A stretch of DNA of 40,906 nucleotides from a virus: positions 1-40,906 of IMG/VR virus record IMGVR_UViG_3300045988_118152; one strand, written 5' to 3'. The notes beneath the pieces are model-generated. The model had not been told where the DNA came from, did not search any database, and saw only the letters and a list, made by a program, of their open reading frames with translations. A program made the translations under genes and the position numbers. This document shows, piece after piece, positions 34,029-40,906 of the stretch (positions are counted from its first letter, which is position 1; each line of letters starts with the position of its first letter).

Positions 34029-34051
34029 CGCCAACCAGGAAGGGCTAGTCG

Positions 34052-35302
34052 ATGGCGTACGGGGAAGGTACCGTCTACCAGCGCAAAGACGGGAAGTGGG
34101 TCGCATCGGTGGAGGCCGGCTACACGGCTAGCGGCGGTCGACGCCGCATCACCAGGGCGCGAGCCACCGAGGCCGAGGCCAAGCGCGCCCTGCGCGCCAT
34201 CCGCCGCGAGGTCCTCGCCGAACAGCAGTCCACCGTCGTCAACCCCCGCACCACCCTCAAGGCGTGGATCGACACCTGGGCGCCCGGCTACAAGCGCACC
34301 GCACGCCCCCGCACCTACAGCAACGACCTCTCCCTCCTCGGCAAGTGGGTGACCCCCACCATCGGGCACCGCCGCCTCACCGACCTCACCGTCACCGACC
34401 TCCGCAAGATGGAAGCCGGGATGAGGCAGGCCGGCCGGTCGACGACGTCGATCCGCTACGTCCGACTCATCCTCCATCGGGTCCTCAAGGCGGCAATCGT
34501 CGAGGGGCACCGGATCCCCGACTCCGTGATGCTCGCCCCCAAACCCAAGGCCGCCGCCTCCACGCGCGAGGCCATCCCCGCCGCCGACGCCGCCGCCCTC
34601 CTCAAGGCCGCCACCGAGAAGGACACATGGCTGCCCCTCCCAGACTCCACCAGCCTCCCCACCCAGCGTGCGCGCCGCCTCGCCACCGAGCAGGACGCCA
34701 GCCGGTGGGTCGCCGCCCTCCTCCAAGGGATGAGGCAGGGGGAGTGCCTCGGCCTCACCTGGGACCGGATCGACCTCGACGCCGGCACCCTCACCGTAGA
34801 CCGCCAGCTCGTCGAGATGACCGCCGCCGAGGACGTCGACGGCACCGACGGCGTGGTCTACGAGCACCTGGTGGACGGCTACTACCTGGGGCCGACCAAG
34901 ACGAAGGCCGGCGCGCGCGTCCTGCCCCTGGTACCGTGGATGTCGGCCGCGCTGGCGGCCTGGCGCGACCAGTGCCCGACCTCCCCCTACGGGCTCGTGT
35001 GGCCCCGACCCGACGGCGGTCCCTGGTCGAAGAAGGATGACCGCCTGGCGTGGCGCGCCCTCCAGGACGTCGCCGGCGTCCACAAGGACGATGGGGGGTA
35101 CTATCTCGTCCACGAGGCCCGCCACTCGACGGCGACACTCCTCATGGCCGCCGGGGTCCCCGCCACCGTCGTCATCGCCATCATGGGCCACACCGCCATC
35201 ACCACGTCGATGGGCTACCAGCACGCCGACCTGGACCAGGCCCGCCAAGCCTTAGAGGCCGTCGCACCCCGCCTCGGCCTCACCTCCACCCCAACCCCCT
35301 GA
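34052..35302 (+). CDS. int: Tyrosine integrase, 416 aa
   Basis: Catalytic signature: ...LLQGMRQGECLGL..., HEARHSTATLL, IMGHTAITTSMGYQH (R...HxxR...H...Y). Adjacent to attP. Confidence 0.9.
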   Translation: MAYGEGTVYQRKDGKWVASVEAGYTASGGRRRITRARATEAEAKRALRAIRREVLAEQQSTVVNPRTTLKAWIDTWAPGYKRTARPRTYSNDLSLLGKWVTPTIGHRRLTDLTVTDLRKMEAGMRQAGRSTTSIRYVRLILHRVLKAAIVEGHRIPDSVMLAPKPKAAASTREAIPAADAAALLKAATEKDTWLPLPDSTSLPTQRARRLATEQDASRWVAALLQGMRQGECLGLTWDRIDLDAGTLTVDRQLVEMTAAEDVDGTDGVVYEHLVDGYYLGPTKTKAGARVLPLVPWMSAALAAWRDQCPTSPYGLVWPRPDGGPWSKKDDRLAWRALQDVAGVHKDDGGYYLVHEARHSTATLLMAAGVPATVVIAIMGHTAITTSMGYQHADLDQARQALEAVAPRLGLTSTPTP

Positions 35303-35316
35303 AAGGAAACCCACCC

Positions 35317-35817
35317 ATGTCACTCCTCGACGCCGCCTGCATCAAGACCGACGACGGCACTATCCACGTCACCCCGAACGGAGTCATTGGCCTTCCTGGC
35401 CTCCTCACCCCAGACATCCCCGCCACCGACGTCGTCGACATCGCCGTCGAGGACGGGAAGGAAGCCAGCAAGCGGGTCACCGCCGCCCGCGTCGCCGCCG
35501 TCGGCATCTTCGCCCTCGCCATCAAGAAGAAGGTCGACGCCACCAAGTTCATCATCATCGAGACCACCGACAATATGCACGTCTTCGAGATCAACGCGAA
35601 GCGGCACCGCGAGGCGCTGGCTTTCGTGAAGCGCGCCAAGGTCGCTGTCGCCCGCGGCCAGGAGTACGCCGCACGAGAGGTCGAGGCGCCCGCCGTCGAG
35701 CCGGCCGAGGACGCCGCACCAGAGCCGAAGCGGTGGTGGCAGAAGACGACTGGTGACCTCATCAACGAGCGCCGTGCCCGCAAGGGGAAGGAACCGCTGC
35801 GTTTCGGTGCTGCGTGA
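35317..35817 (+). CDS. Hypothetical protein, 166 aa, between the integrase and repressor genes
   Basis: GAAAGGAAA RBS. In frame with track ORF 35050..35817. Has a central hydrophobic stretch AARVAAVGIFALAI. Confidence 0.55.
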   Translation: MSLLDAACIKTDDGTIHVTPNGVIGLPGLLTPDIPATDVVDIAVEDGKEASKRVTAARVAAVGIFALAIKKKVDATKFIIIETTDNMHVFEINAKRHREALAFVKRAKVAVARGQEYAAREVEAPAVEPAEDAAPEPKRWWQKTTGDLINERRARKGKEPLRFGAA

Positions 35818-35889
35818 CCGATTCTTGACGGAACCGTTACTGTCCGACCTACTGCCGCCACCGACAATCGTCGGTGAGGTCAGATGACT

Positions 35890-35922
35890 AGAGCCCCGCC
35901 CAGTGAATCTGGGTGGGGCTCT
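35890..35922. terminator. Bidirectional hairpin between the 35317 gene and the repressor gene
   Basis: AGAGCCCCGCCCA / TGGGTGGGGCTCT: 13-bp stem with one G-T pair and a 7-nt loop. A second 7-bp hairpin lies at 35859-35876. Confidence 0.5.
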
Positions 35923-35942
35923 TCGTCGTCTATGGGGCGCGG

Positions 35943-36224
35943 TCAGCAGGAGAACTGCGGGACCCGCTGCTCCTCCCATAGGCGATCCTCGGCGCGGGAG
36001 ATGATCGTGGAGACGCTGACTCCGAGGGCGTCAGCGAGCGCGCACAGGGGCTCGAAGGTGATGGGGCGCTCCCCCTGAAGGAGGCGCATGAGGGTGCGTA
36101 GGGGGACGCCCGAGGCTGCGGAGAGTCCGCGCACAGTCATCCCCTTCTCCTCCCTGAGGTCGCGCAGTTCGGCGGCCGCGGCGGCGTTGAGTCCGGTTTC
36201 CGGGTTAGTTGCTCGCGTGCTCAT
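35943..36224 (-). CDS. XRE-family HTH repressor (CI-like), 93 aa
   Basis: ATG at 36224 within track ORF 35943..36599. Contains LREEKGMTVRGLSAASGVPLRTLMRLLQGERPITFEPLCALADALGVS. Divergent from the Cro-like gene. Confidence 0.75.
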   Translation of the reverse strand: MSTRATNPETGLNAAAAAELRDLREEKGMTVRGLSAASGVPLRTLMRLLQGERPITFEPLCALADALGVSVSTIISRAEDRLWEEQRVPQFSC

Positions 36225-36232
36225 GTCTCCAC

Positions 36233-36325
36233 TGTGCCACATTGGGCACCAAGGTGACGGATGGGTAACGGATTTCGGAGGACTTTCCCAGGGACTTGCA
36301 AGGTGCCCATATGGGCACCTACAGT
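36233..36325. promoter_or_regulatory. Immunity switch: divergent promoters and operators
   Basis: Rightward TTGCAA (36296-36301), 18 nt, TACAGT (36320-36325), with the perfect palindrome GGTGCCCAtaTGGGCACC (36302-36319) as spacer. Degenerate copy TGTGCCACATTGGGCACC at 36233-36250, next to the repressor start. ACGGAT direct repeat at 36257 and 36268. Confidence 0.6.
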
Positions 36326-36332
36326 TGCCCAC

Positions 36333-36560
36333 ATGGACACCACAAGCCAGCCGCCCCCCATCATCCGGGCCATCGAAGCCCAGATGGCGGCCACCGACAC
36401 CACCATCCTCCAACTCAGCAAAGAGGCTGACATCCCCCGCTCCACCCTCCAACGCAGGCTCCGAACCGGACGCGGCCTCCAGCTCGACGAGATCAACCGC
36501 ATCGCCGCCGCCCTCGGAACCACCGCCAGCCAGATCATCACCCAGGCAGAAGCCGCCTAA
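36333..36560 (+). CDS. Cro-like HTH regulator, 75 aa
   Basis: ATG 36333 lies about 7 nt after the -10, so the transcript is leaderless-like. Contains TILQLSKEADIPRSTLQRRLRTGRGLQLDEINRIAAALG. Confidence 0.65.
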   Translation: MDTTSQPPPIIRAIEAQMAATDTTILQLSKEADIPRSTLQRRLRTGRGLQLDEINRIAAALGTTASQIITQAEAA

Positions 36561-36578
36561 CCCCCTAAGGAAACCCCC

Positions 36579-36890
36579 ATGTGCAACCCCGCCACCCAAC
36601 GCCCCATCTCAGAGGCCATGCCCCTCGTGACCGCCCTCATCGCCGAAGCCGAGCGCAACTGCATCGATATCAATAGCGTCAACGTCTTCGCCCACGCCGG
36701 AGGCCGCTTCAACATCGACTTCATCGCCTACGACGGCGGAGCCCAGGCCCTCGCCGACCTCCTCGACCTCACCCCAGACGTCATCTTCACCTCCCACGGG
36801 GCGACCTTCCAGGGCGTCAGCCGCACCGTCGGCCGCTGGACCATCCAGTCGCACTACCCCCTCCCTGACGTCGAGGAGGAGGCGGCATGA
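36579..36890 (+). CDS. Hypothetical protein, 103 aa
   Basis: Track ORF, with AAGGAAA upstream. Confidence 0.5.
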   Translation: MCNPATQRPISEAMPLVTALIAEAERNCIDINSVNVFAHAGGRFNIDFIAYDGGAQALADLLDLTPDVIFTSHGATFQGVSRTVGRWTIQSHYPLPDVEEEAA

Positions 36891-37048
36891 CCACTCACAC
36901 GCTCGGAGCCCTAGCGTCCGCCGCCATCCTCACCGAGCTTGCCCTCACCGTCGTGCTCGGCCACCACACGGGCGTCCTACTCCTCGCAGTCGCCCTCACC
37001 GCCGCCACCGTCACCCACGCCATCCGCACCGAGAAAGAGGATCACTGA
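36887..37048 (+). CDS. Small membrane protein, 53 aa; not in the ORF track
   Basis: ATGA overlaps at both ends. Product begins MTTHTLGALASAAILTELALTVVLGHHTGVLLLAVALTAATVTHAIR... Confidence 0.45.
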   Translation: MTTHTLGALASAAILTELALTVVLGHHTGVLLLAVALTAATVTHAIRTEKEDH

Positions 37049-37284
37049 TGGATCAGCACATCAACGCCATCGCGATGCAGGTCGCAGCCCGCGTCGTCGA
37101 CACCGCCTCCGACGACATCGGCGACTTGTGGGAGGAGTACCCCGACCTGAATCAGGAGCAGGTCGAGGCCGTCTCCGCGCGCTTGCAGCAGTTCGCCCGC
37201 TCCATCACCCCGTCCCCCGACGCCGTCGACGCCGCCGTGGCCGCGCTCGGCTCGATCGCCGCCACCGAGGAGCCTCAGCCGTGA
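37048..37284 (+). CDS. Hypothetical acidic protein, 78 aa
   Basis: Track ORF. Confidence 0.5.
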   Translation: MDQHINAIAMQVAARVVDTASDDIGDLWEEYPDLNQEQVEAVSARLQQFARSITPSPDAVDAAVAALGSIAATEEPQP

Positions 37285-37469
37285 CCGTCGTCCTCACCTA
37301 CACGCTCGCCGGGGCCGCCGCAGTCACCGGCCTGTCTGTCGACTACATCCGCAAGGCCGTCAAGGCCACCGACCCGGACTTCCACCTCCCCGCACGGATG
37401 GCCGGCACCAAGTACCTCATCCGCCGAGACGACCTGGAGGCCTGGATCGACCGCCTCCCCGAAGCCTGA
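37281..37469 (+). CDS. Excisionase-family (HTH_17/MerR-like) DNA-binding protein, 62 aa; Xis candidate
   Basis: GTGA overlap at the start. Contains YTLAGAAAVTGLSVDYIRKAV...GTKYLIRRDDLEAWIDRL. Confidence 0.5.
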   Translation: MTVVLTYTLAGAAAVTGLSVDYIRKAVKATDPDFHLPARMAGTKYLIRRDDLEAWIDRLPEA

Positions 37470-37499
37470 CCCCCCCCGACTCCCCAGAAAGGACCCCTC

Positions 37500-37796
37500 G
37501 TGAAAACCCCTCTCACCATGCTCACGCCCCTCGGGCGAGGTGAGTACGTCTTCCGCTGGCAGATGCTCGCCGCCGTCCCCGTCGTCCACCAGAAGCACGA
37601 GGCCATCGCCGACCTCATGGACCTCCTCCGCACCCTCGGCATGGTCCTCGCCAGCGAGCCCAGAGCCACCGTCAAGCACGGCATCATGCCCGTCCTCGCG
37701 CTGGAGTTCCGCGCCCGCTACGCCGACGACACCGAAGCCCGCCAGCTCCAACAGCCCCAGCACCCCCACCACAACGACCAGGAGATCGCAGCATGA
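37500..37796 (+). CDS. Hypothetical protein, 98 aa
   Basis: GTG start preceded by AGAAAGGA. Confidence 0.45.
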   Translation: MKTPLTMLTPLGRGEYVFRWQMLAAVPVVHQKHEAIADLMDLLRTLGMVLASEPRATVKHGIMPVLALEFRARYADDTEARQLQQPQHPHHNDQEIAA

Positions 37797-38131
37797 CTAC
37801 TGCCAGCACCATTCACCCCAAGGAGCGCGGTTCCGTGCGCGCCAACGACCCCGTCACCAGCCAGTGGGCCGCCGACAGCATCCAGGATGCCACCACATCG
37901 CAGGACTTCGTTCTCATGGTCCTCCGCGACTTCACCCGCCCCTCCCCCTTCACGCTCGCCTCCGTCGTCGCCTCCACCGCAGGCGTCCTCTCCCCGTCCC
38001 GTGCCCGCACCGCCGTGCGCGAGCTTCAGGACAAGGGCCTCATCGAGGAGACCGGCGAGTACGCGACCACCGCCTCCGGCCGGCGTGCCCGCCTCCTCAC
38101 CCTCACCAAGCAGGGGAGGGCCGCCGCATGA
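37793..38131 (+). CDS. Winged-helix (MarR/ArsR-like) DNA-binding protein, 112 aa
   Basis: Contains FVLMVLRDF...FTLASVVASTAGVLSPSRARTAVRELQDKGLIEETG...RRARLLTLTKQG. Confidence 0.5.
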   Translation: MTTASTIHPKERGSVRANDPVTSQWAADSIQDATTSQDFVLMVLRDFTRPSPFTLASVVASTAGVLSPSRARTAVRELQDKGLIEETGEYATTASGRRARLLTLTKQGRAAA

Positions 38132-38652
38132 CCACCCTGACCATGGAACAGCGCCGTGCCGACTTCGAGGCCATGCTCGCGCACGCCGATCGGGCGCGGC
38201 TAGCAGTCAGCAAGTTCTGGACGACGGAAGAGGACACGCCAGGGAAGCCCCTCGCCAGCCTCGCCCGCGACGTCGCCGAACTGTGCGCCTCCTGGGCGGC
38301 CGCCGCCAAACGCGCCAAGGAGGGCCACCCACCCAGCGACCAGGTGAAGAACCTCGCTACCATCGTCGCCGCACGCTGCCTCCAGGGCCTCAGCGAACGG
38401 GACCCCGAGGGCTATCTCGCACCCATCCTGAAGATGGTCGACTACAAGCTTGACGATCGAGACCTGGGCATGGACCCTGCCGAGCGAATCGCCTGGATCC
38501 TCAGCGCCCTCGGAGACGCCGCATGCTGCCACCACCGGGGCTACGACCCCAGCAGGGTGATCATCGTCTACCGTCTCCGCAGCCTAGCCTTCGAGGCCAT
38601 CTGTGCGGCTCTGGCTGCCGAGCGCGGCCTCTGGCAGGAGGAGGAATCATGA
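38128..38652 (+). CDS. Hypothetical protein, 174 aa
   Basis: ATGA overlap with the upstream gene. In frame with track ORF 37540..38652. Confidence 0.5.
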   Translation: MTTLTMEQRRADFEAMLAHADRARLAVSKFWTTEEDTPGKPLASLARDVAELCASWAAAAKRAKEGHPPSDQVKNLATIVAARCLQGLSERDPEGYLAPILKMVDYKLDDRDLGMDPAERIAWILSALGDAACCHHRGYDPSRVIIVYRLRSLAFEAICAALAAERGLWQEEES

Positions 38653-39215
38653 GACTGGCGATCGCTGATCCGCCGTACCTGGGACGCGCCGCACTGTGGT
38701 ACGGCGGCAAGCAACACCCCCACTATGGCACGCCCGGACGAGCCAAAGGACGCTCCCGCCTGAGCGCCGAGTTCCATCATGATGCCAGCGCGTGGGACAA
38801 CCCTGACCAGCACAAGGCACTCATGACCGACCTCGATCTCCAATGGGATGGGTGGGCTATGGCGGCATCAGCAAAGACTGTCGCCGAGATACTGCCGCAC
38901 GCAGCCAGCTTAGGGGGGCGGCTCGCCGTCTGGCATGTCACCAACGCTATTCCTGACGGCGCCCGCGTCCGCTCCGTTTGGGAGGCACTCATCTACAAAG
39001 TGCCCGAATCACGGCGCGCCGCCGGTACCGGGATGAGTGTCCCTGACGTGCTCAGTGCGCCCCACCCCGTAACCGGATTCGTTGGGGCGAAGCCTGACCG
39101 ATGGACCACATGGGTGCTAGATCTCCTGGGATTTGACCCCGCGCAGGATACCGTGAGCGACCTTTTCCCGGGCTCCGGAGCGGTCTCCAGAGTGGTTGCT
39201 GGGAGGCTGATATGA
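38649..39215 (+). CDS. Compact N6-adenine/N4-cytosine DNA methyltransferase (permuted order: DPPY first, FxGxG last), 188 aa
   Basis: N-terminal LAIADPPYLG (motif IV) and C-terminal DLFPGSGAV (motif I). Confidence 0.55.
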   Translation: MRLAIADPPYLGRAALWYGGKQHPHYGTPGRAKGRSRLSAEFHHDASAWDNPDQHKALMTDLDLQWDGWAMAASAKTVAEILPHAASLGGRLAVWHVTNAIPDGARVRSVWEALIYKVPESRRAAGTGMSVPDVLSAPHPVTGFVGAKPDRWTTWVLDLLGFDPAQDTVSDLFPGSGAVSRVVAGRLI

Positions 39216-39246
39216 GCATCCCTGTGATGTCTACTGAGGAGGCCGC

Positions 39247-39522
39247 ATGACCCGCATCCTCCTGCCGGGGCGCCTAGTGCGACACCTCGCCGACGTCGCC
39301 GACTCTGAGCGCTACCAGGGCGGCACCTGGTACCCGCTGGTCCGACTCTGCGACCGCAGCATGAGGCTAGCCGGAGACCTGTTCATCGCCCAGAACTGCG
39401 AGGACGTCAAGAGCGCGGACCTCACCGACCCGCTCGTCTGCCCGGCCTGCCTCGCCGCCCACCAGCCCACCGACGACGTCGACGAGACCATGGGGACCAT
39501 CCCCCTCTTCGACCTGCCATGA
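39247..39522 (+). CDS. Hypothetical protein, 91 aa
   Basis: GAGGAGG RBS. Track ORF. Confidence 0.5.
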   Translation: MTRILLPGRLVRHLADVADSERYQGGTWYPLVRLCDRSMRLAGDLFIAQNCEDVKSADLTDPLVCPACLAAHQPTDDVDETMGTIPLFDLP

Positions 39523-40211
39523 CGCTCAAGCTCGGAGAAATCTGTGCGGGCTATGGCGGCCTCGGACTCGGACTCGGACTCCTGACCGACGTCGACACCA
39601 GGTGGGTCGCAGACATCGACACCGGCCCATCCAGGATCCTCGCCCGCCACTGGCCCGACGCCCCCAACTTGGGGGACATCACCCGCATCGACTGGGCAAC
39701 CATTGAGCCTGTCGACGTCATCGCAGGGGGCACCCCCTGCCAGGACCTATCCAACGCCGGTCACCGCGCCGGAATGAGGCCAGGCACCCGCTCAGGAATC
39801 TGGGAGGCCATGGCCCACGCCATCGAGGAGATCAAACCCCATGTTGTCGTCTGGGAGAACGTCAGTGGCGCCCGCTCAGCGGCCGCCTATAGCCGTCTGG
39901 AATCCGGTGCGGGACGTCTGGGAGGCGGGCCAGACCGACCTGTTCTCCGGGCTCTCGGACGTGTGGTCGGAGACCTGGCCGGCCTCGGGTATGACGCGGC
40001 GTGGGAGTCTCTACGGGCTTCCGACGTCGGGGCTCCGCACCGCAGGGAGCGGGTCTTCGTCCTCGCGTGGCGTCCCGACGCTGCCGACACCCTCCGCATC
40101 CTGTGCGACAGGCCCAGGGGAGCACGGGGACGGCGGCATGAACCTACAGACTGCCGTCGCGTCACTCCTGACGTGACCCACCCCCTCGACTCCTCCCTAC
40201 ACCAGCGGTGA
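39519..40211 (+). CDS. DNA cytosine-5 methyltransferase, N-terminal segment (motifs I-VIII)
   Basis: EICAGYGG (motif I), GGTPCQDLS (motif IV, PCQ at 39735-39743), ENV (39855-39863), GAPHRRERVFVLA (motif VIII, 40032-40067). No motif IX or X in this frame. Confidence 0.75.
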   Translation: MTLKLGEICAGYGGLGLGLGLLTDVDTRWVADIDTGPSRILARHWPDAPNLGDITRIDWATIEPVDVIAGGTPCQDLSNAGHRAGMRPGTRSGIWEAMAHAIEEIKPHVVVWENVSGARSAAAYSRLESGAGRLGGGPDRPVLRALGRVVGDLAGLGYDAAWESLRASDVGAPHRRERVFVLAWRPDAADTLRILCDRPRGARGRRHEPTDCRRVTPDVTHPLDSSLHQR

Positions 40212-40609
40212 ACGATATGGGAACAAGCTACAGCCCCGAGTCATGGGATGCCTGGACGACGCTGATGAAGGATCGTCACGGCGGGAACGGGCATGGCAAG
40301 TCTCTGAGTATCGAGGCACGCCGCAGCAGCGGCTACTGGGCGCAGTACGCGCCTGCGATCCGCCGGTGGGAGGAGGTGACGGGGCGTGAGGCCCCGCCGC
40401 CGACGGAGACCGGCCAACGCGGCGGGGACGTCCTCTCCCCGCGGTTCGTCGAGTGGATGATGGGCCTCCCCGCCGGGCACGTCACGGACACGCCTGGGCT
40501 CTCACGGTCGCAGGCACTCAAAGCCCTGGGGAACGGCGTCGTCCCCCAGCAGGCAGCACACGCAGTCAACCACCTAGCAGAAACGGCACTCAACCATGGA
40601 TTCGTTTAG
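40208..40609 (+). CDS. DNA cytosine-5 methyltransferase, C-terminal segment (TRD remainder plus motif X), in a different frame
   Basis: GTG 40208 overlaps the TGA of the N-terminal segment. Contains FVEWMMGLPAGHVT and LKALGNGVVPQQA (GNGV at 40529-40540). This frame is open from 40172 and reads LLPTPAV just upstream of the GTG. Confidence 0.6.
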   Translation: MNDMGTSYSPESWDAWTTLMKDRHGGNGHGKSLSIEARRSSGYWAQYAPAIRRWEEVTGREAPPPTETGQRGGDVLSPRFVEWMMGLPAGHVTDTPGLSRSQALKALGNGVVPQQAAHAVNHLAETALNHGFV

Positions 40610-40906
40610 TTTCTTCGTCCCCGGTGAGCCGATCACCGAGGGCTCCACCAAGGCGTTCACGTCCGGTCAGCGCATCGTCATCACCCACGACCGGGGACGC
40701 GAGTTGGACGCGTGGCGCATCAAGGTAGCGCACGCCGCCGAAGCCGCCGCACAGGCCGCCTACTGGGAACCCCGCTACGACGGGCCAGTCGAGGTGTGGG
40801 CAGAGTTCCGACTCCCCCGCCCCAAGAGCGCCCCCAAGTCCCGCAAGCACGCACAGATGAAACCCGACTTAGACAAGCTCCAACGCGCCGTCGGCGACGC
40901 CCTGGC
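40596..40906 (+). CDS. rusA: RusA-family resolvase, 5' part (continues at window position 56)
   Basis: ATG 40596. Same frame as the ATG at 40857, which equals position 6 of the window. Confidence 0.7.
   Translation, partial: MDSFSFFVPGEPITEGSTKAFTSGQRIVITHDRGRELDAWRIKVAHAAEAAAQAAYWEPRYDGPVEVWAEFRLPRPKSAPKSRKHAQMKPDLDKLQRAVGDAL
40852..40906. repeat. 55-bp terminal duplication of window positions 1-55 (circular closure overlap)
   Basis: CACAGATGAAACCCGACTTAGACAAGCTCCAACGCGCCGTCGGCGACGCCCTGGC is present at both ends. Confidence 0.9.

Noticed and set aside
33992-35248. 418-aa minus-strand ORF opposite the integrase gene
   Set aside because: Its composition is Gly/Ala/Arg/Pro-rich, which is typical of an antisense frame in GC-rich DNA. 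It has no RBS. The + strand encodes a protein with the complete tyrosine-recombinase catalytic signature.
39841-40176. Independent gene in the +1 frame overlapping the C5 methyltransferase
   Set aside because: There is no RBS at ATG 39841, and most of the ORF overlaps the strongly conserved motif VI-VIII coding frame. Only its last ~100 nt (LPTPSAS...NLQTAV) look meaningful, and these are treated as part of the frameshifted methyltransferase.

Overview
The window is one complete, circularly closed genome of a temperate siphovirus-type phage. Positions 1-55 are identical to 40852-40906, so the unique length is 40,851 bp. The sequence is visibly GC-rich, and gene content points to a high-GC Gram-positive (Actinomycetota-like) host.

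Almost every gene is on the + strand, tightly packed, with many ATGA/GTGA stop-start overlaps. Modules in order:

- **Immunity switch (about 35.9-36.6 kb):** a minus-strand XRE-type repressor diverging from a Cro-like gene.
- **Early operon (36.3 kb, through the circular junction, to 2.6 kb):** an Xis-like HTH, a winged-helix protein, a compact DPPY N-methyltransferase, a cytosine-5 methyltransferase whose motifs lie in three reading frames, RusA, and a replication-organizer gene with an internal ori-like iteron/AT-rich element.
- **Second early operon (2.8-10.9 kb):** driven by a duplicated copy of the switch promoter/operator. It carries a PD-(D/E)XK exonuclease, a Sak4/RecA-like ATPase, a MazG-like protein and SSB.
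- **Counter-oriented cassette (10.96-12.43 kb):** five genes with their own promoter and no recognisable function, including two small membrane peptides that fall below the ORF-track cutoff.
- **Non-coding region (12.35-12.84 kb):** about 500 bp containing a 20-bp-phased G-tract repeat array.
- **Packaging and virion genes (12.8-30.8 kb):** HNH endonuclease, TerS, TerL, portal, MuF-like protein, scaffold, major capsid, connectors, major tail protein, G/G-T chaperones with a GGGAAAC -1 frameshift site, a 1298-aa tape measure, and distal tail/fibre genes.
- **Lysis genes (30.8-33.7 kb):** a multidomain endolysin and holin-like membrane proteins.
- **Integration (33.7-35.3 kb):** attP with a tRNA-Pro 3' fragment and arm-type repeats, then a tyrosine integrase.

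All functional calls rest on motifs I can read in the translations plus gene order. No database search was run.
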